The notes beneath the pieces were generated by a model, which saw only the letters and a program-made list of their open reading frames with translations, did not search any database and had not been told where the DNA came from. From an uncultured Polyangiales bacterium (GTDB lineage: Bacteria; Myxococcota_A; Polyangia; Polyangiales; JADJMO01), in the NCBI GenBank assembly GCA_964624885.1, contig CAZUZY010000002.1, forward strand, positions 13,348 through 77,347: 64,000 nucleotides of DNA. Reading direction: 5' to 3'. This document shows positions 8,628 to 22,841 of this stretch, in pieces (position 1 is the first letter of the stretch; each line of letters starts with the position of its first letter). The position numbers and the translations under genes are program-made.

Positions 8628-9913
8628 GAGGGGGCTCCTTCGCTCGGGTCGTGGTGCTCGTCGTGCTCGGGATCCGGCTCCTCGTCGTGGGCCGGCTCCT
8701 CCGGCGCGGACACGGGGGCCGGTTCGACGATCTCACCTGCGCCGGCGAGCACACGACGCAAGGCGAGCGGCCCGGCGAGCTCGCCCGCGAGGGTCACGGC
8801 CACGGCGGTCGCGAGGACGGTGTCGCCGACGGCCCCCGGGAAGCGCAGGGCCAGCGCGAGGCCGATGCAGATGGTCATGCCGCCCGAGGAGACGAGGCCG
8901 AGGCCGAGCAGCGGCGGCGCGCCCTTGGCGACGGGCTGCGAGCCACGCAGGGCCACGCCGACCATGAACTTGGCGCCGAAGCGGAGCAGCAGGGCGATCG
9001 GGATGAGGAGCCCGAGCCGGCCGATGTTCGAAGGATCGATGCGCGCGCCGGCGAGGACGAGCGCGGGCATCATGACGGCCCGCTCGGTCGTGGCGACCAT
9101 CTGCTGGATGTCACGGCGGTGACGAGAGCCGACGGCGATCGTGGCGCCGAGCGAGAACATCGCGGTGATCGCCGCCAGATCGAGGCGAGCCGCGAGCCCG
9201 ATGGTCATGAGCGAGGTGCCGAGGATGGTCCCCCAGCTCTCGCCGGTGCGGAGATCGCGCGCGAGCAACGCCGCGGTGGCCACCCCGAGCATCACCCCGA
9301 CGACCACCGTGGCGCCGGCCCAGCCGAGCGGCGGGAGGTGCACGGTGGCGTGCGCCGGGGGCCGCAGCGAGTAGAGCAGCGCGAGCGCGGCGATGGGCAC
9401 GATCTCGTCGGACTGGGAGAGGTCGGAGAGCAGCTCGGTGAGCGGGCCCTTGGCCTCGTAGCGCTCGACCACCCACTGGATCGCGAGGCGGGTCGTCTCG
9501 GCGCACGCGGCCCCGATGCCGCCGGCGAGCAACAGCCGGGAGGAGGTGTCCATGGTCGCGACCAGCGGGACCGCGAACCACACCCCGACCGCGACGATGC
9601 CTCCGCAGAGGAGGGAGAGCGCGATGCCGGCGAGCATGCGCGCGAGCGGCACGCGGCGGTCGTCGACGTGGCCGTAGCCGAGCCCGATCGAGAGCGCGAG
9701 CCAGCCCGTCGCGACGTACAAGAGCGGGTCGAACGTCTCGAGCGAGGAGCGGGTGACGGCGCCGAGGACCAGTGGGCCGGCGATGATCCCGAGCACGATG
9801 AGCTCCGAGCCCGAGGGCAGGCCGGCGGTCGCGCGGAGGCCGCGACCCGAGGCGAGGAAGCTCCCGAGATAGCTCAGGAGCAAGAGCGCCATCAGGACGA
9901 CGATGGTGTTCAC
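8624..9913 (-). CDS. Cation:proton antiporter (second paralogous CPA-type transporter)
   Basis: GTG 9913 lies in the frame of track ORF 8624..10564 and overlaps the TGA of the MscS gene (GTGA). Sequence VNTIVVLMALLLLSYLGSFL... is polytopic with an acidic His-rich tail. An alternative ATG lies at 9892. Confidence 0.75.
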   Translation of the reverse strand: MNTIVVLMALLLLSYLGSFLASGRGLRATAGLPSGSELIVLGIIAGPLVLGAVTRSSLETFDPLLYVATGWLALSIGLGYGHVDDRRVPLARMLAGIALSLLCGGIVAVGVWFAVPLVATMDTSSRLLLAGGIGAACAETTRLAIQWVVERYEAKGPLTELLSDLSQSDEIVPIAALALLYSLRPPAHATVHLPPLGWAGATVVVGVMLGVATAALLARDLRTGESWGTILGTSLMTIGLAARLDLAAITAMFSLGATIAVGSRHRRDIQQMVATTERAVMMPALVLAGARIDPSNIGRLGLLIPIALLLRFGAKFMVGVALRGSQPVAKGAPPLLGLGLVSSGGMTICIGLALALRFPGAVGDTVLATAVAVTLAGELAGPLALRRVLAGAGEIVEPAPVSAPEEPAHDEEPDPEHDEHHDPSEGAPS

Positions 9914-11748
9914 GGGCCCCCAGCGCGGGCGCGGCGGCCGAGGCCGATGCCCTCGCGGGCCAGCGCGTCCGCCAGCAGCGAGGTGAGCTGCACGGTCGTG
10001 GTCACCCCGAGGGGCACGATGCGCGGATCGTGCATGCCAGGGATGGTCATGCGCGGGAGACCCGGCATCGACAGGGGAGGGATGGAGGGGTGCTTCTCGC
10101 GCTCGGGCGCGCCGTGGGGCAGCGTGGCCACGCGCGTGCTCGCGAGGCGGGCCGGCGTCCGGGTGCGCTTGCCCGTCGGCGACACCATCGGGCCGAGCAG
10201 CTGGGTCGCGACGCCGAGGGTCACGCGGTAGAGCGCGCCGTCCGCGTCGATCGAGGTGAGGTCGACGCGCACGTTGGTGCCCACCTTGCGCGCGGCCTCG
10301 CTGAGGACGTCGCGGACCTTCACCTGCTCGGCCTTCGGATCCACCACGAGCTCGATGGCGACCACGGGCGAGGGGCCCATCACCCGGGTGGGGTGCCAGA
10401 GCGACAGCACGTGGGGCACGCGCACCTCGCAGCCGTGCTCGTCCTCGAGGTGGACCTCGAGCAGGCTCACGGCGCGCACGCGGCCGGTGCGGCCGCCCAC
10501 CTCGACGAAGTCCCCCGGGCGCAAGCGACGGTCGAACACCACGAGGGAGCCGACCACCCCGCACGCGATGACCGGCGTGGCCGAGAGCCCGAACGCCGCG
10601 AGGATGGCGATCCCCGCGCGCGAGAGGGCGCCGTCGTCGGTGCCGGTGAGGAGCGGCGCGGCGAGCACGATGGCGGCGACCACGATGCCGATGCGGACCA
10701 GGATGCCGACGGGGTGCGCGAGATCCTGCGGGACCCAGTCGAGGGTGGTCTCGCCGCGCGCGACGCCCGCGAAGAACACGGCCGTGAAGCGCACGAGCAG
10801 CACGACCGCCAGCGCGGCGATGGCGAACACCACCGCCATCGGCAGGCCGGTGCCGAGCCGCGTGAGCAGCCCCGAGAGGGGCCCGAGGACGAGCGACGTG
10901 AGCCGGTCGGTGTAGCCCTTGGTCGCGTCGAACAACGACAGCGCGAACAGGAGCCAGGCGTAGAGCACGCCGAACTGCAGGATGCGCTTGCCCGCATCGA
11001 TGGCCAGCGTGGCGACCGCCTCGAGCGCCGCCGGCCGCATGAGCTCGATGCCGCCGAGCCGCACGCTCGGCATGCGCTCGGGGTTGTCCTCCACCCAGTT
11101 CTGCGCGCGGCCCGCGAGCTCGCTGGCCTTGCCGAGCAGCAGGAAGGCGATGAGCGCACTGAACACCACGAGCGAGAAGCCGAAGACCGTGTTGGCGATC
11201 TGGCTGCGCTTCTTCTCCTGGGAGAGCGCGGACTGGACCTTGGTCGTGAGGTCGGCGGCGTAGGCCTCGAGGGTCGCGGCGCCCGCGGCCTGTGCGTCGG
11301 CCTCGTCGACCTCGACGATCGGGGTCTTGCCGGCGTAGACGATGGCCACGCCCTTCTCGAGGACGTAGCGCACGTCGACCGGCTCCTTGCCCGCGGCGTC
11401 GAACGCGCGCTCGAGGGCGTGGCTCGCGTGCTTGGCGCGCTCGCTGGCGTTCTTGCCGAACAGCCCGAACACCTTGCGGTCCTTGATGCGGACGGCGAAC
11501 TCGGCGCCCTTGGGGGCGCTGGAACCCGATGCCGAAGGGGCCGCGCTCGCCGACGGCGCGGGTGGCGCTTCGGAGACGCGCGACGGCGGCGCGCTCGGTG
11601 CGCTCGGCACCGGTGCACTCGGCGCTGCTGCCGTGGACGGCGTCGGCTCCGGTTGCTGGGCGCGAGGGTCGTGTTCGTCGGCGCGCGCGAAGGCGCTGCT
11701 CGCGAAGAGGCCCGCGAGCACGAGGAAGACTGCGAGGAGCCGTCGCAT
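9910..11748 (-). CDS. Mechanosensitive ion channel family protein (MscS-like) with signal peptide and Pro/Ala-rich N-terminal region
   Basis: Track ORF 9910..11760; start at M5 (MRRLLAVFLVLAGLFASSAFA). MscS beta-domain motif GDFVEVGGRTGRVRAVSLLEVHLEDEHG. Confidence 0.8.
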   Translation of the reverse strand: MRRLLAVFLVLAGLFASSAFARADEHDPRAQQPEPTPSTAAAPSAPVPSAPSAPPSRVSEAPPAPSASAAPSASGSSAPKGAEFAVRIKDRKVFGLFGKNASERAKHASHALERAFDAAGKEPVDVRYVLEKGVAIVYAGKTPIVEVDEADAQAAGAATLEAYAADLTTKVQSALSQEKKRSQIANTVFGFSLVVFSALIAFLLLGKASELAGRAQNWVEDNPERMPSVRLGGIELMRPAALEAVATLAIDAGKRILQFGVLYAWLLFALSLFDATKGYTDRLTSLVLGPLSGLLTRLGTGLPMAVVFAIAALAVVLLVRFTAVFFAGVARGETTLDWVPQDLAHPVGILVRIGIVVAAIVLAAPLLTGTDDGALSRAGIAILAAFGLSATPVIACGVVGSLVVFDRRLRPGDFVEVGGRTGRVRAVSLLEVHLEDEHGCEVRVPHVLSLWHPTRVMGPSPVVAIELVVDPKAEQVKVRDVLSEAARKVGTNVRVDLTSIDADGALYRVTLGVATQLLGPMVSPTGKRTRTPARLASTRVATLPHGAPEREKHPSIPPLSMPGLPRMTIPGMHDPRIVPLGVTTTVQLTSLLADALAREGIGLGRRARAGGP

Positions 11749-11836
11749 GCAGCCGACCAACGTACCGAACGAATGGTCACTGCCGGAAGAGGTTTGTCGG
11801 AGACCTTGCGCCAGATCGCCTTCGCGCGCGGATAGG

Positions 11837-12403
11837 TCAGGCGCTGCCGCGCTTGGTGCTCATGAAGCCGAGCGGCGCGACACCGGCCCGATCGAACGCG
11901 GCCTGCCAGCGCTCGGCCACGGGCACGTCGAACACGATGGCCTCGTCGAGCAGCGCCGTGGGGAGCCACGAGCCGTGGCTGATCTCCTCCTCGAGCTGGC
12001 CTGGGGCCCAGCCGGCATAGCCGAGGTAGGTCGCGTACTTCTCGGGGCCGTCGTGCCGACCGATCGCGGCGAGCACCTCGCGCGACTGGGTGACGGCCAC
12101 CTCGTCGGAGAGGCGGATCTCGCCCTCGCGCGCCTCGGCGGAGGGGCGGTACACGATCCAGCCGATCTCGGGCTGCACGGGCCCGCCGAGCCGCACCGGC
12201 TCGTCCCGGCCCGCGGTGTCGGTCTCGAGGCCGAGCTGCTCGAGCAGATCGCCCACCGAGGCGACGGTCTTGGTGCCGTTGATGACGAGACCGAGCGCGC
12301 CCTCTTCGCCGTGCGCGACGAGGAGCACCAGCGACCGCTCGAAATTCGGGTCGTTGAGCGGCGGGGTCGCGATGAGGAACCCCGGTGCGAGCGGCCGCGA
12401 CAT
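11837..12403 (-). CDS. YqgE/AlgH family protein (UPF0301)
   Basis: Internal ATG 12403 of track ORF 11837..12574. Sequence MSRPLAPGFLIATPPLNDPNFERSLVLLVAHGEEGALGLVINGT is the family signature. Confidence 0.85.
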   Translation of the reverse strand: MSRPLAPGFLIATPPLNDPNFERSLVLLVAHGEEGALGLVINGTKTVASVGDLLEQLGLETDTAGRDEPVRLGGPVQPEIGWIVYRPSAEAREGEIRLSDEVAVTQSREVLAAIGRHDGPEKYATYLGYAGWAPGQLEEEISHGSWLPTALLDEAIVFDVPVAERWQAAFDRAGVAPLGFMSTKRGSA

Positions 12404-12422
12404 GATCGAGGCGTACCTCAGG

Positions 12423-12968
12423 CTAACGCTTCCGTCGACCGTGCTCGTGCGCGGGCTTCTCGAGGGGGGCTCGGCCCACCGCGTGGGTGTGCCCGCCGTC
12501 CTTGCCCGGCGGCCCGTGCGCGTGGTCCGCGGACCCATGGAAATGCGCGCGCGAGGCCTCGGGCACCGGCACACCGGTGAGGGTCAGGCGGCCGTGCATC
12601 ACCCCCTTCTCGGCGACGATGCGGTCGGCGGCGTTGCGCAACAGCGCGGCCTCGCCGCGCATGACCACGACCTCGAGGCAGTGGTCGTGGTCGAGGTGCA
12701 CGTGCAGGGCCGAGACGACGTGGTGCCCGAGCTCGTGCTGGATGTCGGTGAGGCGCTCGGAGAGCTCGCGCACGTGGTGGTCGTAGACCAGGGTGAGGGT
12801 GCCGGTGACCTGCGCGTAGGGGTCGTCGACCTGCTCGACGAGGTCCGCGCGGATGAGGTCGCGGATGGCCTCGCTGCGGTTCTCGTAGCCCTTGGCGGCG
12901 ACCCGCGCATCGAAGCGCTCGAGCAGCTCCTGGTCGATGGCGATGCCGAAGCGGACGAGGTCCGACAT
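12423..12968 (-). CDS. nikR: Nickel-responsive regulator NikR with extended His-rich C-terminal tail
   Basis: Internal ATG 12968 of track ORF 12423..13004. Ribbon-helix-helix N-terminus RFGIAIDQELLERFDARVAAKGYENRSEAIRDLIR. Metal-site motif HVHLDHDHCLEV. Tail HFHGSADHAHGPPGKDGGHTHAV...AHEHG. Confidence 0.9.
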   Translation of the reverse strand: MSDLVRFGIAIDQELLERFDARVAAKGYENRSEAIRDLIRADLVEQVDDPYAQVTGTLTLVYDHHVRELSERLTDIQHELGHHVVSALHVHLDHDHCLEVVVMRGEAALLRNAADRIVAEKGVMHGRLTLTGVPVPEASRAHFHGSADHAHGPPGKDGGHTHAVGRAPLEKPAHEHGRRKR

Positions 12969-12998
12969 GGCGGGGAGCGAACCCGACCGTCGCCGGCC

Positions 12999-13016
12999 CG
13001 TCAACGGGTGTTGACG
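12999..13016. promoter_or_regulatory. Inverted repeat in the nikR / POT divergent intergenic region
   Basis: CGTCAAC-gggt-GTTGACG has perfect 7-bp arms. It lies between nikR ATG 12968 (minus) and POT ATG 13049 (plus). It does not match the E. coli NikR box (GTATGA-N16-TCATAC). Confidence 0.3.
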
Positions 13017-13048
13017 CCGCTCTAGCCCAGGTTTCCTCTCCCGCGCCG

Positions 13049-15013
<1,965 letters not shown>

Positions 15014-15030
15014 CGGCGCACACCGAGGGG

Positions 15031-15702
15031 CTAGAACGCCCAGCCGACGGCGAGGTCGCCGAGGAGCGCGAAGGTCTGGTCCTCGTCGGCCGGCTTCGCG
15101 CCACCGCTGCCGAGGCGGGCGCCGATGCCGATCTGCGAGTCCACGATCCAGCGGTTGCGGAACGCGTACTTGAACCCGAGCAGCGGGCCCGCGAGCACGC
15201 CGGGCTGCACGCCGCTCGTGCGCAGGGTCATGCTGGCGTCCCCCGCCCGCGACAGGAGGCCCGACACCCCGAGGTGCACGCCGCCGTCCTCGAAGTCGCC
15301 GGCGATGTACCACTGCACCGAGAGCCCCACCTGGAACAGGGGGGTGCGCGTGTCCTCGCCCGTCGAGATGCGGACCGGCGCGCGGCCGTAGGCGAGCGAG
15401 AGCGTGGTCGAGATCGAGTCCGACACGCGGATCTCCGCCGCGAGCGCGCCGGCCGGGATCAGCAGACGCAGCGGCAGCCACTCGATCACCACCCGCTTGG
15501 GGGATGGGGCCTCGGCTTGCTCCTGTTCGCTCGCGAACGCGCGGGGCTTGTGCTGCACCGGCGGGGGCGCGGCCTCGGGGATCTTCGGCGAAGGAGCCTC
15601 GGTGGGTGCCGGCTCCTCCGCGGGAGCCGGCTCCTCGGCGTGTGCGAGGGAGGCGTGCGCGACGAGCGCGAGCGTCAGGGCGAACCCGGCCGTCGCGCGC
15701 AT
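15031..15702 (-). CDS. Secreted protein, possible small outer-membrane beta-barrel
   Basis: Track ORF of 223 aa. Signal peptide MRATAGFALTLALVAHASLAHA, a Pro-rich EEPAP repeat region, then alternating hydrophobic pattern ending ...LGDLAVGWAF (aromatic C-terminus). Confidence 0.6.
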   Translation of the reverse strand: MRATAGFALTLALVAHASLAHAEEPAPAEEPAPTEAPSPKIPEAAPPPVQHKPRAFASEQEQAEAPSPKRVVIEWLPLRLLIPAGALAAEIRVSDSISTTLSLAYGRAPVRISTGEDTRTPLFQVGLSVQWYIAGDFEDGGVHLGVSGLLSRAGDASMTLRTSGVQPGVLAGPLLGFKYAFRNRWIVDSQIGIGARLGSGGAKPADEDQTFALLGDLAVGWAF

Positions 15703-15707
15703 CGTCC

Positions 15708-16760
15708 TCAGTTCTCGTCGCTCACGGCGAGCTTGCGGCAGAAGAGCAGCGCGTCGACCCGCTGCTCGCCGACCCGCAGGTGCTGCCGCAGGAGCCCGGT
15801 GCGTCGGAAGCCGGCAGCCACGAACGCCGTCGCGAGGCGCACGTCGTCCACCGGCGACAGCGCGAACGCGCAGACGCTCTGGTTCTGCTGCAGACGGTCG
15901 CAGACCGCGCCGAGGGCGGCGGCGAGGAAGTTGCGCTCCTTGTCGTCGCGCGGAGAGGTGAGCACCTCGAGGAAGGCGTTGCCGTAGCAGCGCTGGATCT
16001 CGGCGCCGATCACCACCTCTTGCCCGCGCTGGCTCACGACCAGATCGTCACGGGTGACGTCGCGGCCGAAGGCCTCGAAGCCAGTCAGGGCGCGACCCTC
16101 CTTGGTGGCCTTCTCGATCCGCTTGTGCGTCTCGGCCTCGGAGAGCGGCGTGAGCTTGAGGGGGCCGGCGCCGGGGGTGAGCTCCTTGGCGAGCTTGCGG
16201 GCCTGCACCATGGTCTTCTCGGCCTGCGCGGAGGCGACGGGGCTCGGCAGCTCGTCGTCGTCCTCGGGCTCCTGGTCGAGGCCGAAGGCGCCGATGCTGA
16301 ACACGCCGGACTCACCGATGCGCGGCGGGGCACTCGGGCGACGCTCGCGCGGCGCGGGCGCGTCGGCGGCGGGCACGACGCAGCCCATGATGAAGGCGTC
16401 GCTGCGCTTGTAGAAGCCGGCAATGTTCCCCTCGCGCGAGAAGCCGAGGCGGGCCCACGTGGCGCACTCGTCGCGCTCCACGAGGACGATGATCTTGTCC
16501 ATCTGTTCGCGACGCGCGATCGACTGGACGAACACCTTCTTGGCCGGCGAAGCCCCGGCGCGGAAGTCGATGACCCGCATGGTCCGCGCGCGGCGATTGA
16601 CCAGCAGACACAGCGAGACCACGTCGTTGCGGACGAAGACCTCCTCGCCCCGCGCTCCTTCGTGACTGGGCGCGTGGGCGCGCTCCTTCTGTGCACCCTT
16701 CTGCACGAGCGTCTTCGCCGTGACCTTCGTGCCGACGGCGGCACGCAGCTTGGTAGCCAT
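15708..16760 (-). CDS. Two-domain GNAT-like acetyltransferase family protein
   Basis: Track ORF of 350 aa. The N-terminal half (IIVLVERDECATWARLGFSREGNIAGFY) and the C-terminal half (SPVDDVRLATAFVAAGFRRTGLLRQHL) both resemble GNAT C-terminal cores. Precise function not assigned. Confidence 0.6.
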   Translation of the reverse strand: MATKLRAAVGTKVTAKTLVQKGAQKERAHAPSHEGARGEEVFVRNDVVSLCLLVNRRARTMRVIDFRAGASPAKKVFVQSIARREQMDKIIVLVERDECATWARLGFSREGNIAGFYKRSDAFIMGCVVPAADAPAPRERRPSAPPRIGESGVFSIGAFGLDQEPEDDDELPSPVASAQAEKTMVQARKLAKELTPGAGPLKLTPLSEAETHKRIEKATKEGRALTGFEAFGRDVTRDDLVVSQRGQEVVIGAEIQRCYGNAFLEVLTSPRDDKERNFLAAALGAVCDRLQQNQSVCAFALSPVDDVRLATAFVAAGFRRTGLLRQHLRVGEQRVDALLFCRKLAVSDEN

Positions 16761-16847
16761 CCCCGTTACCTCCCCTGTCTACGCGCCCGTGCGTACTCCG
16801 GAGGGCGCCGGAAGTCATAGAGGTTTTCCACCGGTTGCTCCGTCGCA

Positions 16848-16877
16848 AACAGTGCTTTCCAGGTGTTCAGCACTGTT
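16848..16877 (-). terminator. Hairpin (perfect 9-bp stem, 12-nt loop) downstream of gene 16895..17827
   Basis: AACAGTGCT (16848..16856) pairs with AGCACTGTT (16869..16877), 18 nt after the stop at 16895. On the minus strand only a short TTTG follows, so this is a weak intrinsic terminator or a protein-binding site. Confidence 0.35.
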
Positions 16878-16894
16878 CGGCGCGCAGCCGGCGC

Positions 16895-17827
16895 TCAGTC
16901 GGGGGGCGACACGCGGAGCGCGGCCCAGACCTCGGCGAGGCGACCGCGCGGGACCGAGACGCGGGTGGGCATGCCGCCCGACAGACCGAGCAGGGCGAGG
17001 AAGTCGACCCCGCTGTCGAAGGGGGCCGCGAGCGCGATGGTGTCCCCGTCGGCGACGACCGCGATCGTCTCGCGCTCCTGGCCGAGGAGGAGGAGGAGCG
17101 TCTTGTCGTAGGAGCGACGGCGCGCCGTGGTCACGTCCACCCAGGCCACCCCGTGCGGGTGTCCGGTGATCCGAGCGAACCCGTGGGCGAGCCGGCGCGC
17201 CTCCTCTTCCTGCGCGGCGTACTCGCTGGCGGCGGCGTCGAGGGGGACCCAGAGCGTGCTGTCGGAGAGGCCGGTGGCGAGGTGGCGGACCACCAGACCG
17301 AAGAGGCCCTCGTCGTTGGGCCGGCCCCGGAGGGCGCGGTCGAAGCGCTGACCGATGGGGCCGGGCTTGCCGACGCGGGTGTCGATGGCCCGCGCGTCCT
17401 CGTCGGCGCCGGCGTAGGGCTCGAGCCCACCGCGGAGCCACTTGGCGGCGGAGCACAACCCGTCGAAGTCCGTGTGGCAGCAGATCGTGTCGACGGCCCC
17501 GACCCGGGCGACGAGCTCAGGTGTGACCATCTCGGGGCAGGCCGGGTGCTCCTGCTTGGTCGAGAGGACGAAGCGCGGATCGGCGCGGAAGTCCGCGTGG
17601 CGCGCGTGATCGTGGTGATCGACCCAGGCGGCCAGGCGCGGGCCTAGATCCTGGATGAAGCGGAGTGTGGTCTTCTCGAAGTTGCCCGCTTTCCCGCTGG
17701 ATTCGCCGCCCGTGTCGTAGGCGAAGGCCACGTCGAGCACGACGACTCGGCCGTGGAGGTCCCGCGCGCGAGGGAGCTTGCGAGGGGTGCCGAAGGCGAT
17801 GCGCGCGGCCGCGGCGATGGACGACAT
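16895..17827 (-). CDS. Hypothetical protein with DHH-like metal motifs
   Basis: Track ORF of 310 aa with high GC3. It contains WVDHHDH and CCHTDFDGLCSAAKW, reminiscent of DHH-family phosphoesterase motifs but in atypical order. Function unassigned. Confidence 0.6.
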   Translation of the reverse strand: MSSIAAAARIAFGTPRKLPRARDLHGRVVVLDVAFAYDTGGESSGKAGNFEKTTLRFIQDLGPRLAAWVDHHDHARHADFRADPRFVLSTKQEHPACPEMVTPELVARVGAVDTICCHTDFDGLCSAAKWLRGGLEPYAGADEDARAIDTRVGKPGPIGQRFDRALRGRPNDEGLFGLVVRHLATGLSDSTLWVPLDAAASEYAAQEEEARRLAHGFARITGHPHGVAWVDVTTARRRSYDKTLLLLLGQERETIAVVADGDTIALAAPFDSGVDFLALLGLSGGMPTRVSVPRGRLAEVWAALRVSPPD

Positions 17828-17908
17828 GTCGGTCCTTCGTAGCCTGGTGCGCCACCAGGCGGAAGCGCGTCGAGGCCCGCTGCGGGCGTGTTACGCTCGG
17901 AAAGGAGC

Positions 17909-19846
<1,938 letters not shown>

Positions 19847-19856
19847 AGGGCCGGGC

Positions 19857-21608
<1,752 letters not shown>

Positions 21609-21611
21609 CCG

Positions 21612-22841
21612 TCAGCGCGAGAGCGCCTTGAGGTTGAGCGGCCGACCGAACAGGTTGCGCTGCACGCCGGCCATGGTGAGGATCATCTGCCGGCGCAGGA
21701 ACGGCAGCGCCGTCGCGATCGGGAACGAGAGGTCGCGCAGGTCGCCGAGCAGGGCGTGGTCGCTCTGGAAGAACGGCGTGAGCCAGCGGCTCGCGAGGCG
21801 GTAGAACAAGAGGTGGGCGCGCCGTCGCCGGCTGTACTCGGCGAGGGCCTCGCGGGTCGGCAGCGAAGACAGGCAGTCGGCGAGCACCATCGCGTCGTAG
21901 AGCGCGAGGTTCGCCCCCTGACCGAGCTGGGGCGACATTGCGTGGGCGGCGTCGCCCACGTAGACCACCGTGTCCTCGTGCCAGTGGGGCATCTCGACGT
22001 CGAAGTAGCTCGAGAACAGCAGCTGATCCTGGTGGGTGATCTGGTCGAGCAACGGCGCCGCCTCGGGCACCGCCGTCCGCACCTCGTCCTGGAACGCCGC
22101 GAGACCCCGCGCGCGGAACGCGGCGAGGCGATCGCCGCGGAGGCTGTAGAACAGGCTCAGGAGGGGCTGATCGCCATCGCCGGGGCCGCACCCCGTCGGC
22201 AGGAGGCCGACCAGGAAGCTCGTGCTGTCGACCACCTGGTGCAGGCGGTCGGGATAGGGGTGATCGCCCGCGTGCCCGACGAACCACAGCGCCCCCCACG
22301 GGTAGGGGCGGATCTCCTTGCCGAACGTGGTGTCGTCGCGCAGCGAAGATCGCGCGCCGTCGGCCACGATCACGAGGTCGTGGGCGCCGACTTCCACGCC
22401 GCCCTCGCGGCCCGGCGGCGCGAACAGCACCGTCTTGTCCCGATGTCGGGCGAGGTCCTCGACGGGGCAGCCGAGCACGAGTCGCGTGGCGGAGGCCCGC
22501 ACGGCCGCGAACAGGTGCTCGAAGAGGGCGCCGCGGTGGATGCCGACGGCGTGCAGCTCGGGGTGGATCTCGGCGTAGTCGAGCGTGGTGAGCACGCGGC
22601 GGCGCGTCTTCACGCGGAGGCCGGCCATGCGCGCGCCGCGACCCACGATCGCGTCGTGCAGCCCGAGCCGCGCGAGCACGGCGAGGCCGGTGGGCTGGAG
22701 CATGATGCCCGCGCCGATCGGTCGTGGATCGAGGACGCGCTCGTAGACGGTGACGGCGTGGCCGGCGCGAGAGAGGAACAGCGCCGCCGCGCTGCCGGCG
22801 GTGCCCCCGCCGATGATCCCGATGTCGAGGCGCGCGCGCAT
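21612..22841 (-). CDS. FAD-dependent monooxygenase (UbiH/aromatic hydroxylase-like)
   Basis: ATG 22841 lies in the frame of track ORF 21612..23351. Motifs DIGIIGGGTAGSAAALFLSRAGHAVTVYER (GxGxxG) and GDAAHAMSPQLGQGANLALYDA. The ATG overlaps the upstream stop (ATGA). Confidence 0.85.
   Translation of the reverse strand: MRARLDIGIIGGGTAGSAAALFLSRAGHAVTVYERVLDPRPIGAGIMLQPTGLAVLARLGLHDAIVGRGARMAGLRVKTRRRVLTTLDYAEIHPELHAVGIHRGALFEHLFAAVRASATRLVLGCPVEDLARHRDKTVLFAPPGREGGVEVGAHDLVIVADGARSSLRDDTTFGKEIRPYPWGALWFVGHAGDHPYPDRLHQVVDSTSFLVGLLPTGCGPGDGDQPLLSLFYSLRGDRLAAFRARGLAAFQDEVRTAVPEAAPLLDQITHQDQLLFSSYFDVEMPHWHEDTVVYVGDAAHAMSPQLGQGANLALYDAMVLADCLSSLPTREALAEYSRRRRAHLLFYRLASRWLTPFFQSDHALLGDLRDLSFPIATALPFLRRQMILTMAGVQRNLFGRPLNLKALSR

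Noticed and set aside
15560-15660. A short Pro-rich EEPAP duplication in the 15031..15702 gene, considered as a notable repeat
   Set aside because: There are only two imperfect copies in a low-complexity linker, so it is not informative.
17842-17887. GC-rich palindromes GCCTGGTG-cgc-CACCAGGC and GCCCGC-t-GCGGGC upstream of the 17909 kinase gene
   Set aside because: They are short and GC-rich, so they are likely chance occurrences. No supporting promoter elements were recognised. They are noted only as possible 5-prime UTR structure.
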